A stretch of 64,000 bases of DNA from Selaginella moellendorffii (Eukaryota; Plantae; Lycopodiophyta): NCBI RefSeq assembly GCF_000143415.4, contig NW_003314266.1, positions 3,682,004 through 3,746,003 of the forward strand, given 5' to 3'. The position numbers and the translations under genes are program-made. The notes beneath the pieces are model-generated. The model was not told the DNA's origin and searched no databases. It was given only the letters and a program-made list of their open reading frames with translations. Shown here one piece after another: positions 44,246 through 57,664 of the stretch. The first letter of the stretch is position 1, and each line of letters starts with the position of its first letter.

Positions 44246-44770
44246 TTAGAAAGATGGCTTCCGGATCGGTCTCGAGGGTGGAAGTAAACCACGGCGAGCT
44301 TGACGCTTGAGGTAGTGACGCCGCGCAGCAATCATCTCCTTGTGCGTTGGTCCCTGTAAAAAACGAAGGAAGTTCATGCCAGAAACTTTGCATCGATTGC
44401 TTTTTACTTTTGGAAGGTCATAGAAATCGTCCGTCGTTGGAGAAGTTCCATCTTCCTGGAAAGAAAAAAAAAAAAAAACAATCAGAGAGCTTGAATCACT
44501 AAGATCTCAAAAATGTACCTTGTTCTCCCCCTCTGGAGCTCCCTCTTCCTGGGAAAGAAAACGAGCGATCAATCTACAAGCCGAGGAAGCATCGCATACC
44601 TTTGGCGGCGGGAGATGGGGTCCAATCGCGGGGAAGAAAGAGTACCCTCGAGCACAAATCACGAATCCACCATCGCTAGCGTGCGGCACTGCGTGCGAAG
44701 CGCTGCCACGGGATGCATTGGCGTGCAGTGCTTGCAGAGCCTTGCCCGAGCTCCTTACCGCTCGAAACAT
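44246..44770 (-). CDS. small unknown protein, 4 exons, ~118 aa, putative mitochondrial presequence
   Basis: Three phase-0 GT..AG introns give MFRAVRSSGKALQALHANASRG...LPPPK|EEGAPEGENK|EDGTSPTTDDFYDLPK|GPTHKEMIAARRHYLKRQARRGLLPPSRPIRKPSF*. Telo-box aaaccctaa sits immediately upstream. Confidence 0.75.
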
Positions 44771-44849
44771 TGCCGCAAACCCTAAACCCCGTTACAGTTT
44801 AGGGCATTTCATGTTCTTAGAATATTCCTTCTGAAAATATCTCATTTTC

Positions 44850-45400
44850 TTAAATAAATAAATACAACTTTGGAATGATGGTTTAAAAGGAGGTCCACCA
44901 AACGTTAAGTGATAAACCAGGTGATCTCCATCTAACCTCCCACCAATACCAAATTGCACTTTGTGCAAATTTGCTACCCACATCCCATGTTTCCTAAGCA
45001 TTGCAGGCATAACCTTGTTGTTGTCAAACATTGCCATTGCCTGGATGTTTTCTCCAAATAGACAAAACCAAGGGCTTCTACATCAATAGTGTCAGATATC
45101 AAGTTTCCAAGCACCACCTTTCCTAAAACCCAAAAAGCCATCCATAAAAGAGAAAAGAAAAAGAAAAATAAGAAATTTACTAGTTACAAGTGAGGAGCTA
45201 TTGTATTGATATGGCCTATTGTATATTTCTTGATGCAAGTCTATGGGAAGATTTGTTTAGGTTTCCAAAGTTGTCATCTTGCACTCTAAATCCCACATGT
45301 TGACACACTTGAGTAATCTGATGAAGTAAAGCTTATCCTCCAGAAGTATGCAATTGTTAGCATTTTTTGGAGAAGATATAATGATTTATGTATTTGATTT
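44850..45400 (-). pseudogene. possible F-box-associated/kelch-like gene relic
   Basis: ILLEDKLYFI..VNMWDLE..APHLVT|GKVVLG..LSIW..KVMPAML resembles the C-terminal beta-propeller part of plant F-box proteins. Contains stops and frameshifts. Confidence 0.3.
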
Positions 45401-47349
45401 TTCATCCTTGATAAATCTTTTTTTTTTAACTTAATTTGACTTTGTGTTTGCACTACATTCAGTCTAATCTAAAAAAGAGTTTATGAAAAAATACAATAAT
45501 GAATACTAAGCTAATAGATTAGTCTTGATTGATCTAGTTATAATTATGCTTAAGAAGGATCCACTAGTGCCATGCTAAATAATTGTGGATTAGCCTATTT
45601 GCCACTCATAGCAAACTTAGGGGAAGTTTAATTTTACTCATAGTAACATAATAACAATTCATAATAACCATTGATAGGTTTATATTAATCACACCATAAC
45701 CTTTAAGTTGTTAATATGCTTCATTTACAAGCCCAAGTGGACAAATGATTCATCCCAAATCCATTTTACAAACTCAAGCGAAAGCTTATGCAATATGGTA
45801 CAAAAATGGTATACATTACTACTAGTGGTACTAACACATAAGTTTGGCTAGACTGTGGCACTCTTTCTTTTACATTTGCCAAAAAAAATTACCAAGCTCC
45901 ACACTCAAGTGTATCCAAGCCTCAATGTACTAGTTGTCAACATGAAAGCATCCAAATCAAAAGTAAAGGCTTATAAGAATGTAACATAGCAAATTTGAAA
46001 TTCAGCAAAAGCTATATGTTTGGGTGCTTGGACACTAAGAGCTTGATTGAAATATATAAACACTGTTTAGAAAATATATTATGAGAAAAATGATTGTTAT
46101 AATGAAGCTCAAAATAATACAAGTGGGAATTCCAAAAACATAGTGAAAAATGGAAAAGCTAAAAATACCAACAGACACAAGTCAAAAATCCTAAAATGTT
46201 GTAAAAACTCTTAACACCAGTTGAAAGTCAAGCAACTCCAATAGAAATCCCTGAAAAATTAGCCAAAATTGAAGGAACTCTAATAGCATAGCTCCACTAT
46301 GTCAAATGTAAAGAATCTAGAATAGATAGACATCACTATAGGATGGCTAGATAGCATATTTGGGGCTTTCTAAAAAACTTTTGCCTTGCTTTTGCTTTTA
46401 GAATATGGATGAGGAGAAACTTTGGTGTTGGAATTGTAAAATTCTTGCACTATAACTTTATCAAACTTTTGTAATGCACTTTACAATTGTTGACAACTGT
46501 GATTAATCAATCTGTGTTGCCCATCCCAGACCTCTCCATAGTAGGCTATCTAATGCCCCAAACCATAAGGAATACTGCTCAAGACCTATGTGGAGATTAT
46601 GACCTACCCTGTCAGCTACCTCCTTACCATCACAGATCACTTGAACTCTTCATCCATGCTTGGGTGTTTTAAAAACCTATGCAAAATATCTTGCTTCACA
46701 TTGAGTGAGAGTTGTTATGTGGCCTTGAGAAAGCTCTCCACAGGTTGTTTGGCTATCCTTCTATCTCCTATCTCAGCCATTACTCTATGAGTTCCAGCTC
46801 TCCACCATTACCCTCATGTAACTGGTACAAGTAGTGTAATAATGATGTCATCTTGATGTTGTGACACACTCCTATTGGATAATTAAATGTATGGAAAAAA
46901 GGGAGAGCTCACAAAGCTTTGTTCTAGAACCATGCATGCTTAAGTTGTAAATGAGCTCATAACATGTGGAAATGGAAAAGATGACCATCATCACTTGGAA
47001 GTGGAGCACACTTCCAAGTAGAATCTTTGTTGTATGGTTAACATTGGTTGTTTCCAGTTTATTCTAACTAAAAATAAAGGTTTGGGTTTATCTAATAGAC
47101 TTATATTCTATATTTAGAGAAGTGGGGATATATACATACATAAATATATATACATATATAAAATTCATATAAAATTTGTGATGCATGAGATATATTAACA
47201 AATTGCTGTTTCTAATAAAGTTAGGACAAAATGGAATGTGAGAAGAATACATATGGCACTTCCTAAGCTAAATAAATTTTAAAAAATATAAATACCTATA
47301 CTGCAAGCTATATATTTCTATTTTATATATATATTTTATATTTTAAAAA

Positions 47350-48279
47350 ATGAATTACAGTTTTAGTTTTTCTATTTGTCATACCAAGAAAAATATTTTA
47401 TATTTATACTTTTTATTTTATATTCACAGTTATTGTGTTTGTATTAAAACATTGTATGAAAATCCAGCAGGGGTTATTTCAATTGAGGTTAGACAAAACA
47501 TAATAATACCAACTATTAAAGAGCTTATTAAAGAAGTAGGCAAAAGAAAAGAAATTTTTATGGGATTTTCTTACTCTAAAATTTTACATGAACAAGATAC
47601 TAGCTTACTTATTACAATAAGTGCACTTGACATGCAAATGTCAAGAAAAAACTTTTATATATATTGTACTATTATTCCTTTTCTTTTTACTTTAAATAAT
47701 GGTAAAGCCATAGAGAAAGAGTTTACTTTAACATTACAAAATTATGTTGAGCAAGACTTAGTAACATATGGATCTGTAGAGTATATAAATGGAAGATATT
47801 CTATATCATATGTATTAGATAAAGATAGTAATGTTTACTTACAAGAGTTTCTAAATACTAATAATTTTATTTTATTTAAAGAAGAAACAGATTGTATTCT
47901 TCATAAAACCTGTATTAAAAGTGGACCAAATTATTCATCATTTTCTCGCCTTAGGGAAGGAGAGTTTCTTCAATCACCAAATTTAGTATTTATTTTATAT
48001 ATGCGATTTGATTGTAATCTTGTGTTATATTATGGTAAAATTTCTATTTGGGATACTGAAACATCAGGAAAAGGTATTGGATGTTTTCTACGTTTTCAGA
48101 AAGATGGAAATCTTGTTATTTATAATCAGTATCATAACGTTGTATGGTCTTATGATATTTATTGGAAGAATATTTGGGTTACATTTTCATTATGTGTAGA
48201 AAATACAGGTCATGTTACTGTATATAATACAAATAATCAGACATCTATTTGGAGAAGGCCTATAGAAAGAAAAAAATGA
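47350..48279 (+). CDS. AT-rich paralog of 5065-5901: unknown N-terminal domain + bulb-type lectin
   Basis: LREGEFLQSPN, RFDCNLVLY, IWDTET, QKDGNLVIY and VVWS. Shares INGR.....YVLD and I.SGP....SR with the 5065 protein. Open for 309 codons despite very low GC. Confidence 0.85.
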   Translation: MNYSFSFSICHTKKNILYLYFLFYIHSYCVCIKTLYENPAGVISIEVRQNIIIPTIKELIKEVGKRKEIFMGFSYSKILHEQDTSLLITISALDMQMSRKNFYIYCTIIPFLFTLNNGKAIEKEFTLTLQNYVEQDLVTYGSVEYINGRYSISYVLDKDSNVYLQEFLNTNNFILFKEETDCILHKTCIKSGPNYSSFSRLREGEFLQSPNLVFILYMRFDCNLVLYYGKISIWDTETSGKGIGCFLRFQKDGNLVIYNQYHNVVWSYDIYWKNIWVTFSLCVENTGHVTVYNTNNQTSIWRRPIERKK

Positions 48280-48725
48280 GTTATACTTATGAACAAATAA
48301 GAAATTAATTTATATTTAATTTTAAATAAATGTATACGAATTACTGAATAAGTAGATATTTTAGGACATAATTATTTTAAGAAATCTCTCAAGGAAATAT
48401 GTTAAGACTATCTAAATTAGACAAATGAACTTATGTCAGAAAAATAAAACCATAAAATTGAACAAAGGAAGAATTATTACTTCAATAGAACCATATTTAT
48501 GCAGATAACTCAGTTGAGTATAAATGGACCATAAACAATTGTATCACAAAGTGCCACGTAGCATTTTATTTGGCACTAAATGTCATATTAGCATACCTAG
48601 TGGGCGGAGTTTTTTTAAAACGCTATTCATTATTTTTTAATTTTATCTCACGATTAAGAAAGAACTCGAGTTCTTTATTTTTTCTAAGATCTTCAAAACT
48701 TGTTTTTTCAGTCCTCTGTGTTGCT

Positions 48726-50335
<1,610 letters not shown>

Positions 50336-50592
50336 CCTTCCTCTTTTCTCTCGAGCTTCTTCTTTTTCTTCCTGGTCCGCGGCTCTGGGAGCGCCGGAGA
50401 GAAACCGAAGGAGATACCGAAAAGCTCCGGATACGAACCGTCAAAGATCGCCAAGGATCGTTTCATAGCGCCCAAGCGACCACGCTCCAGATCCCAAAAG
50501 CCCGCCAAGAACCCTAAAACGCAGAGCCCTAAAATTATCTTCCCGCCTAAATACAAACTTCATTTTAAAAATTTTAATCTAGAAAATTGCCG

Positions 50593-50684
50593 CGTCAACA
50601 GTCATGCTCAGTCCACGCGGACAAGAGTCAGCGCCAGCGACTTTGACCGGTGACCGCATCCCTACAAAATGTCAAACCTATAAG
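50593..50684 (+). promoter_or_regulatory. W-box (TGAC) cluster and TATA upstream of the WRKY gene
   Basis: cgtcaa 50593, agtca 50600, agtca 50626, ttgacc 50643, tgacc 50651, tgtcaa 50670, then cctataag at ~50677. Confidence 0.6.
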
Positions 50685-50772
50685 CGTAGCATCCAAGTCT
50701 CTTTTTTTTCCTCCGCGATTTTCAAAGTGGGATCCATCACTGCCCAGTGGCGACCTCGCAATCTCCAGTTGG

Positions 50773-50794
50773 TCTCTCTCTCTCTCTCTCTCTC
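50773..50794. repeat. (TC)11 microsatellite in the WRKY 5' leader
   Basis: tctctctctctctctctctctc. Confidence 0.9.
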
Positions 50795-50850
50795 GATCCA
50801 AAAAGATCCAAAGAGTGTTTGGGGAATTTGATGAGGGAGAGGCGAGGAGA

Positions 50851-51966
50851 ATGCATCCATTTGCGGAGAGTTTAGTGAGGATGGAAGTAAGCAAGGCAAG
50901 GGGCCAAGCCCAGCTGCTGGATGACAAGCTCAAGCTCGTCCCGGCATCAAGCCTGGACGATGGAGCCGCCAGGACTCTGGTTGACGACGCTGCCAGTATC
51001 ATCGCCACTTTCACCAACATCATCGCGTGCCTCAGCAGGAACCCCCATGCTTCTCCCGTCGATCCAGGCGGCCATCGCTCCAAGCCTGCCATCACCACCA
51101 CTAGCGAGACCTCTCACAGCGACGAAGATCACACCCCGACCAAAAAGAGGTATGGTCTCTCTCGAAACTTTCCAATCAATGTGATGATCATCTGTGATCT
51201 CTGATAGAAAACTCAAGAACCAACATCAGCAACAGCCACACTCGATCGAGCACGAGCTCGTCCCGGACGATGGCTATACGTGGAGGAAATACGGCCAGAA
51301 AGACATCCTCGGATCTCGACACCCAAAGTAAGAACTTCACTGTTCACAAGTTCCTGGAAGTTCTAAGAAAGAAACCCATTGTCCCCGTGATCCAGGAGCT
51401 ACTATCGCTGCACACACAAGCGCGAGAGCGGGTGCCCGGCGATCAAATACGTCCAGAGATCCGACTCCAATCCCTCCTCGTTCCAGATCACTTACCGGGG
51501 GGAGCACACTTGCAACATGCTTCGATCGTCCCCGCTGGGATCGCCATCGCCACCATCGCCAGCGCTGGCCATGCCGATGGTAAACTCAGTGTGCTTGAGG
51601 ATCAATAGCGATGGTGGCTTGCAGATCGGGGCCTCAGGTCCGACCGTGATCCCTTCTCTCCCTCTCGATGTCTCTCCAAATCACACACCACCACCACCGA
51701 GGAACACAGGCGCTTCAGCTCCAAGCCATGGAATTGGGCAGAGGGATCTCGAGGCTACTCGGGGCCAGCTGATCACGCAAGAGCTGGATGATGCTTCGTC
51801 GAGCGTGGTGAAAGTGGAGGGCGAGATCGATGTTTGTGGTGGCATGACCCTGGAGTCGATGCTAGAGTTTGGATCGTCCGTGTTGGATAGTCTCGAGTTG
51901 AATGGTTGTCAGCTCTTCCCGAGCGATCACTCGTCACCAGAGTGGTCGGATTGCATAGCATATTAA
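50851..51966 (+). CDS. group III WRKY transcription factor (3 exons)
   Basis: DDGYTWRKYGQKDILGSRHP|xSYYRCTHKRESGCPAIKYVQR..ITYRGEHTC (C-x7-C..H-x-C). Introns at ~51150-51207 and ~51328-51395. Confidence 0.95.
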
Positions 51967-52107
51967 AACGAAAAAAAAAACACAAAAATTTCTTTTCTTC
52001 TTTTGTAAAAAAGTATATCTCTAAACAAAAGTGCGCGGACACGTTGACTTTATGCCAACGGCCCAGATCGAGAGCATCCAACGGCTTAGAGCCGATCTCC
52101 AAGAGCC

Positions 52108-52521
52108 CTAAAGCTGGCAGCCGGTGGTCCACGCGGCCACGTCCTTGAGTATGCTGCTGTCGTTGACAATTAAGTGCACCGAAGTTTGACCCAGCCCCAG
52201 CGCAATTCCCTCGAAGATCTCTCGTAGCTGCGACTCGAATTCGCCCGCGTCGATGAATCCATCGTGATTCGTGTCAAACAGATCAAACATGGAGCTACAC
52301 TTGAGCGTCAACTCGGCTTGGGTCATTGGCACTGGGACCCCAAAGTCGAGCTCCATGTCAAGATTTAAGCTCTCCACAAAGGGCTGGAACTCTGCGAGTG
52401 TGAGAAGGCCCCTGTGATTTACATCCATTTGATCGAAGTGTTTGAGCATGGTCTCGTGGAACAGACCAGTGTTCTTCACGAAGCTCATGACAATCGACCC
52501 GTCCAGCACGAAAACGCCCAT
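52108..52521 (-). CDS. small EF-hand calcium-binding protein
   Basis: VLDGS N-terminus, FDQMDVNHRGLLTLAEF and FDTNHDGFIDAGEF loops, and ALGLG. Intronless 137 aa. Confidence 0.9.
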   Translation of the reverse strand: MGVFVLDGSIVMSFVKNTGLFHETMLKHFDQMDVNHRGLLTLAEFQPFVESLNLDMELDFGVPVPMTQAELTLKCSSMFDLFDTNHDGFIDAGEFESQLREIFEGIALGLGQTSVHLIVNDSSILKDVAAWTTGCQL

Positions 52522-52556
52522 CTTTGTAATAAGAACCCTAACGAGTTTGCGTTGAT

Positions 52557-53737
52557 TTATAGAATGTGAAAAGGATGGCTCTTATACCTTTTCCAGAGAA
52601 AAATTCGAGCAAGTTTACGTTCTTGTTGAAACCAAGAATGGTGATGCTGATCGACGACTGGGCCGATGGTTAGACGCCAGAAATCTAGCAAAATGGTAAC
52701 CAGCATTGACGCTGCTAATGCATTTCCGGTGGTTCTCAAGAAAGACCATTCATCGCTTGGGTCTTCGTCAATCCTTGATAAAGGGGACGCTGTTAGATGT
52801 TTTGCTGGAAAATTATCGTACCTCATGAACATTGGATAGCTGACGATGAAGTAGAGGGCGTAGAGCAAGGAGCCAACTTTGTAGAATGCCGGAAATATGT
52901 GGGAACTGGAAAGGAAATCCGAATGAATGAAGAAGAGCTCGAAAACTCGGAGTGCTTACGTTTGAGATTGTCAATGCCTCGATGAGAGCTGTCAAATAAG
53001 CCAGTATCGCTGTCGAAACGAATTGGACGAGCCTGGAGAAAGCTACGCTTGAGGTTTTGGCCTGAGCTGCCTTTAGCCTTCTCAAAGTCATGCTCGAAAA
53101 GACGTGGTAGAGTAAAAAGTAAGGCTGCGTGCAAGGGGACCTGTAGCAAAGCTCCTATATATGTAAGAAATAGAGTGAAAACTCTAACTTACGTTGTTAA
53201 GTCTCCATGACGGAAATGTATAGTTTGCTCCAAGGATTGTATAAAAGTAATGAGTCAAGAAGTAGTTTCCCGCGAAGCCAAAGATTCCAATCCACAGGTT
53301 TGCCTGCAATCAATTTGGTTTAGAGAAATATTCTTCAAACAAGTAAATAAAAACCTTCATGCAGTTATCTCCACGCTGCCTCTCCAAACTTCTGAGAAAG
53401 AAGGAAACCAGTACTCAGCAGGCGAGGAATAGAAAAATATAGATCAAGTTAAGACCAGCCTACTTTTGAGGAAGAATGGCAGAACAATGCATGGTGATGA
53501 CAGCATCAATGCAACCGCGAAGTACTCGAGCTCTTGGAATTCCTGCTCACAAGTAATTACAAAGATTAATCAAATGAAAGAACGTCATGGCAACGAAGTG
53601 GAGTGACGGACCTCGTAGAACTTAAACGGCACAATTACTCCCAGGAGAATAGTGATCCATACGGGGCTGTAAGCCAAGAACAAGAGCTCTCCATTTCTTT
53701 TGCTTGGACTTTCGGCAAGCCAAAGACTAAGCTCCAT
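52557..53737 (-). pseudogene. CPI1: cycloeucalenol cycloisomerase (CPI1)-like gene with frameshifts
   Basis: LWLAESPSKRNGELLFL, ANLWIGIFGFAGNYFLTHYF, YTFPSWRLNN, YALYFIVSYPMF and MLVTILLDFWRL. The frame is broken after VP (~53135) and FPH (~52895). Confidence 0.85.
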
Positions 53738-53849
53738 GAACTATTCCTTCACTGGTGTGAAAATCGTCAAAACATTTTAAAGAATAAAAGTTGTAACGGA
53801 CTTCTCGAAGCGATGCGATTGGAAACACAATCATGCTAGAGTTTAAAGA

Positions 53850-55538
53850 TTTACCTTGCGGCTGGCAGCTTATCTAATAAATTTCGAGAATTTTAGATCC
53901 TTATCAGATGCCGAAGAGACTCTGCAAGGACAAGGTGGAAACGTTTTCTTGCGAGGTTCTCTTCACTCACGTCTTCAGCTCTTCTAGAATCGTTGCTCTG
54001 AAACGAAGAACGTAGAAAGATTATTCAAAGACAAGGGAAGATTCTACAAACAGATCAAGAACGACAAATATGTAAAACAAAAAGAAAACAGACAAAAATA
54101 ATCAAAGCATTTACCGACGTGAATCATCCATGTCAAAGAAGCAGTCTCTCGTGAGAAAGTAAAGGAAGACGCAAGGAAGAAACCCAAGCCTATAATCTGG
54201 AAATTCGGCAAGCTAGAGACATACCTAAGAATCCTGGTCAGAGCAAAGATATAAACGTGCTCCAAAGCCAAAGCGCTGCATTTTCTGGACTCAGTCCTGT
54301 TAGTTTTTGAAACACATACCTTGTTCGCATCTGGATATCTCGTCAAAGCACGCCATGCCTTTCTTGGTGTCAATACGAGCATCATTTACAGGCCGAGCTA
54401 ATCTGATGTGTTGGCACGCTTTAAGTTGCCTATTCCCGAGGCAAATTCGGGAGAGCCTCGATTGCTTGCTTAGACCAAGTTGTGAACAGAGTCGATATCT
54501 CCTTTTCGTCGTTTTAAAAGGCTGGAGACAAACAAAGAGAGAGACAAAGGTAGAAACAGAGGAAACAATATAACTTTGATACTCACTCTATTTTCGCGTC
54601 ACTCTTGCAAGGCTTTGGACCTCCTCGTCTTTGCAGCTCGCGCAATGCAGTAACGGTCTCCACATTTTTCTCAAAGTAGTTCTCAGAGTTTTGCAAGTCG
54701 TCTCGGGTGCTGAGAAAAATTCACAAGTACAAGTAAACCATCCGCGCTGAAGAAATATCGAGAACACAACGGGGCCTTGCATACCTTCTCCTCAAGTTGT
54801 CTCTCCTCGTCTTTGCCGTTTCAAGCTCGACACTCACGTTCCAAGCTCCCCACATATCTTCTCTCGCTAGCAGCTCACTGGGCTTCATAGCCTGCAGCAA
54901 GAATAAGAAAGAGATGAAATCAAAAGTGATCACCTTCTCCTTGTCATACCTTGAAAAACTTTGCAGGCTTCTCGGGGTTCTTTGCACTGGCAGGCCTTGG
55001 AAAGTACCAGCACTGGAGCTTCTTCAAATCGGGGTCATTGAAATGCTTCTCCAGCGTGCAAATGTTGGCCACTCGACGATGAGAGGAATCACGTCCAAAT
55101 ATCTTGAAAACCTCAGAAGCCGTGCTCTTGTTCCATTTGGCGGGTCTTTTCCCGAGCGGATCGGCAGTGGACTCGATATTGACAAGATCATGAATCGCCT
55201 TGATCTGTACAAGAAAAAAAAAACGAGGAGCTTAGATCACTACTTGTACTTGCACTAGGAAGAAAAAAAAAATGAAAGCTAGAAATAAGTACATGAGGAG
55301 GTGGATCAGGCATAACACGATCCGCTAGACCATAATTCACAGCCGAGCCTGCTCGCCCGGCCTTTTGGGAGAGAAAGATTGGATTCATCGCGATTGATGC
55401 GATTGACAGACCCTCAAGAAAAGGACCCTGAGATGAATGATCGCGCGGCAACTAACTGACTCCACTCGCGGATCTAGCAGCTGATTCTTAGGCGCGGCGC
55501 CAGCTCCAGCTGCTCACATACCTCGGATTGGACCGCAT
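53850..55538 (-). other. spliced gene or relic of unknown function
   Basis: ATG at 55538 downstream of a telo-box-like motif. A series of GT..polypyrimidine-AG introns flank coding-like blocks (IKAIHDLVNIESTADPLGKRPAKWNK..., AMKPSELLAREDMWGAWNV...). Full model not resolved. Confidence 0.5.
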
Positions 55539-55687
55539 CGTCTCCTCGCCCGCCAAGCTTGCCCTAACCCTGGAAAGTCGCGCCAAAAAGTTTTTAACCC
55601 CTACATTTCTCGCGGTTACGGGATATTCTCCTGGGTACAAACTGGGCCGTTGGATGAAACTGGGTAATGGACGGTAATGGATTAATC

Positions 55688-57087
55688 TTACTCCACAGTA
55701 TTGAGTAATTCGCCAATGTTCTCGATCGCGATGCGGATTTTATCGCCAGGAAGTAGATGTTTGGGTGGATCAAACCCCGATCCAACACCTAGATTGTGAT
55801 TTCTCTTAGCAGCTTCTAAAGAAAATGGAGGAGAAATTTTCTACCTGAGGGAGTTCCAGTTGCGATGATATCTCCCGTTTGCAAAGTTATTCCCGCTGAT
55901 ATCGTCTCGATCAGCTCTGGGATTGGAAAGATCATGTCTGACGTTCGACCATCCTACTCAGGGTAATTCATAGAGTTTTAGACTCGAAAAGGGGGATTTT
56001 CTCGAGTTTGATAGAAAGGATATGGAGTAGAATCACCTGTCGGAGTTCGTCATTGATCCAGCATTGGATCCGAAGATCCTCTCCGTTTATCTCCGTTGCT
56101 GGAACAATCCATGGACCCATGGGACAAAATGTATCGCAACTCTTGCCTATAAACCACTGCAAACAAAGAAAAGCTCTTGATACGAGGAAAGATAGAAACT
56201 ATACCTGTTGGTGGCGTTTTTGCAAATCTCTTGCAGTGACATCGTTTAAGATCGTATATCTGCGCAAGGATATCAGATAATATCAAGGATTAAAATCTTA
56301 AAGCAGAGAGAAAGCACCACACTGCTTACCCGAATACGTGTTCTAGAGCGTTCTCTCTTTTGATGGCTCTTCCCGGTTTTCCAATTATCACAGCCAATTC
56401 TGAGCACCACAAAAAACAATAAATTTTTTTTTTTCTACTAAGATCACAAAGAAAAACTCGTGAAACTTTCGATTTGTAAGACCTGCTTCATAGTCGACTT
56501 GCGAAGATAAACCGTGAGGATATTTGATTGCAGCCCCGGGACCAATCACAGATTGTGGTGCTTTGGTAAAAACGATAGGATTCTGTGGAAACTTTTAGCG
56601 ATGAGAGAAAGAAAAATATTCTTACCTTGGGAACATCTTGAGCAGACAAAGCTGGAGCAGTCTTCCATTTATCCATTTCTTTGACATGGTCCCTGTAATT
56701 CTTTCCAATGCACATAATCGCCCCTGATGGCCTTGGAATTGGAGCTTGTAGCTCGATATCCGTAAGCTCAAGTCCCGGACTTTCAAGCTTCAAGCTTGAG
56801 ATGTAACAAAGAAAAGAAGCTCATGAGTTTCTCGTGTTTCTAGCAAGATTGGTCTCGAGGTTTACCTCTTTCGTATCGCATCCCAGTCTCTGATCACGGC
56901 AACCATGTCGTGCTTCGAGGCATTGGCCGATAGAACATCATCAAGGGGCCTGGAACCCCAAAACAAAATCATGGAAAACTCAAAGATCTGTTAGCTATGA
57001 GGGAGATTAAACTCACCACATTCTTCCTCCACGGACCACTCCAACTCGAGCATCCCCTTGGGAGAGGAAAGTAATAAGCTTCAGCAT
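55688..57087 (-). CDS. fumarylacetoacetate hydrolase-family protein (FAHD2/HpcE-like), ~9 exons
   Basis: [91 protein letters not shown] and [12 protein letters not shown]. Confidence 0.93.
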
Positions 57088-57664
57088 GCTTCTTTCTATA
57101 AGCCCTACTTTGATCTCAAAACTTTTACTATCACTAATCTGATTATCTATTCAATTTCATATGAACTCATCCGACCTGAAATCAAAATTTGATATCTTGA
57201 GAGTAACGGTTCTCCGCAATCCATCTTAGCATCCAGCAAATTTACCACCTAAGAAGGTTAAGAAACTTGCATAAGAAAATGCCATTGATGGCGATTTCTA
57301 AGTTTGGCACACTGTGTACATCATTCTCCTCACCTTCATGGGCATTGAGAATCATTTGGATCCACAAAAATGTGCTTGTTTCAGACATCTGAAAGATCCA
57401 TACGGGCCAATATACCAAGCTTTGCTCTGTTTATGGAAGCGTGAAATCTATGGGAGCTCGTCCAGCTAAAGAGCACCACTCCAAACGGATGAACATCTAG
57501 TAGCCGAGCCTGCGAAGATTGGATTCATCGCGATTGACAGGCCCCCAAAAAAAGGTCGCCCTTGACTGATGATTCTTAAGCGCATCTAACCATCCCAGAT
57601 ATTCGATGTACTCCAAGCGCAATACATTTTATCGCAGGTGTTTGGTTTGGATCAAAGATTTTCC

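Noticed and set aside
45400-47300. Possible retrotransposon gag/pol debris
   Set aside because: No LTR, PBS or clear protein motif identified.
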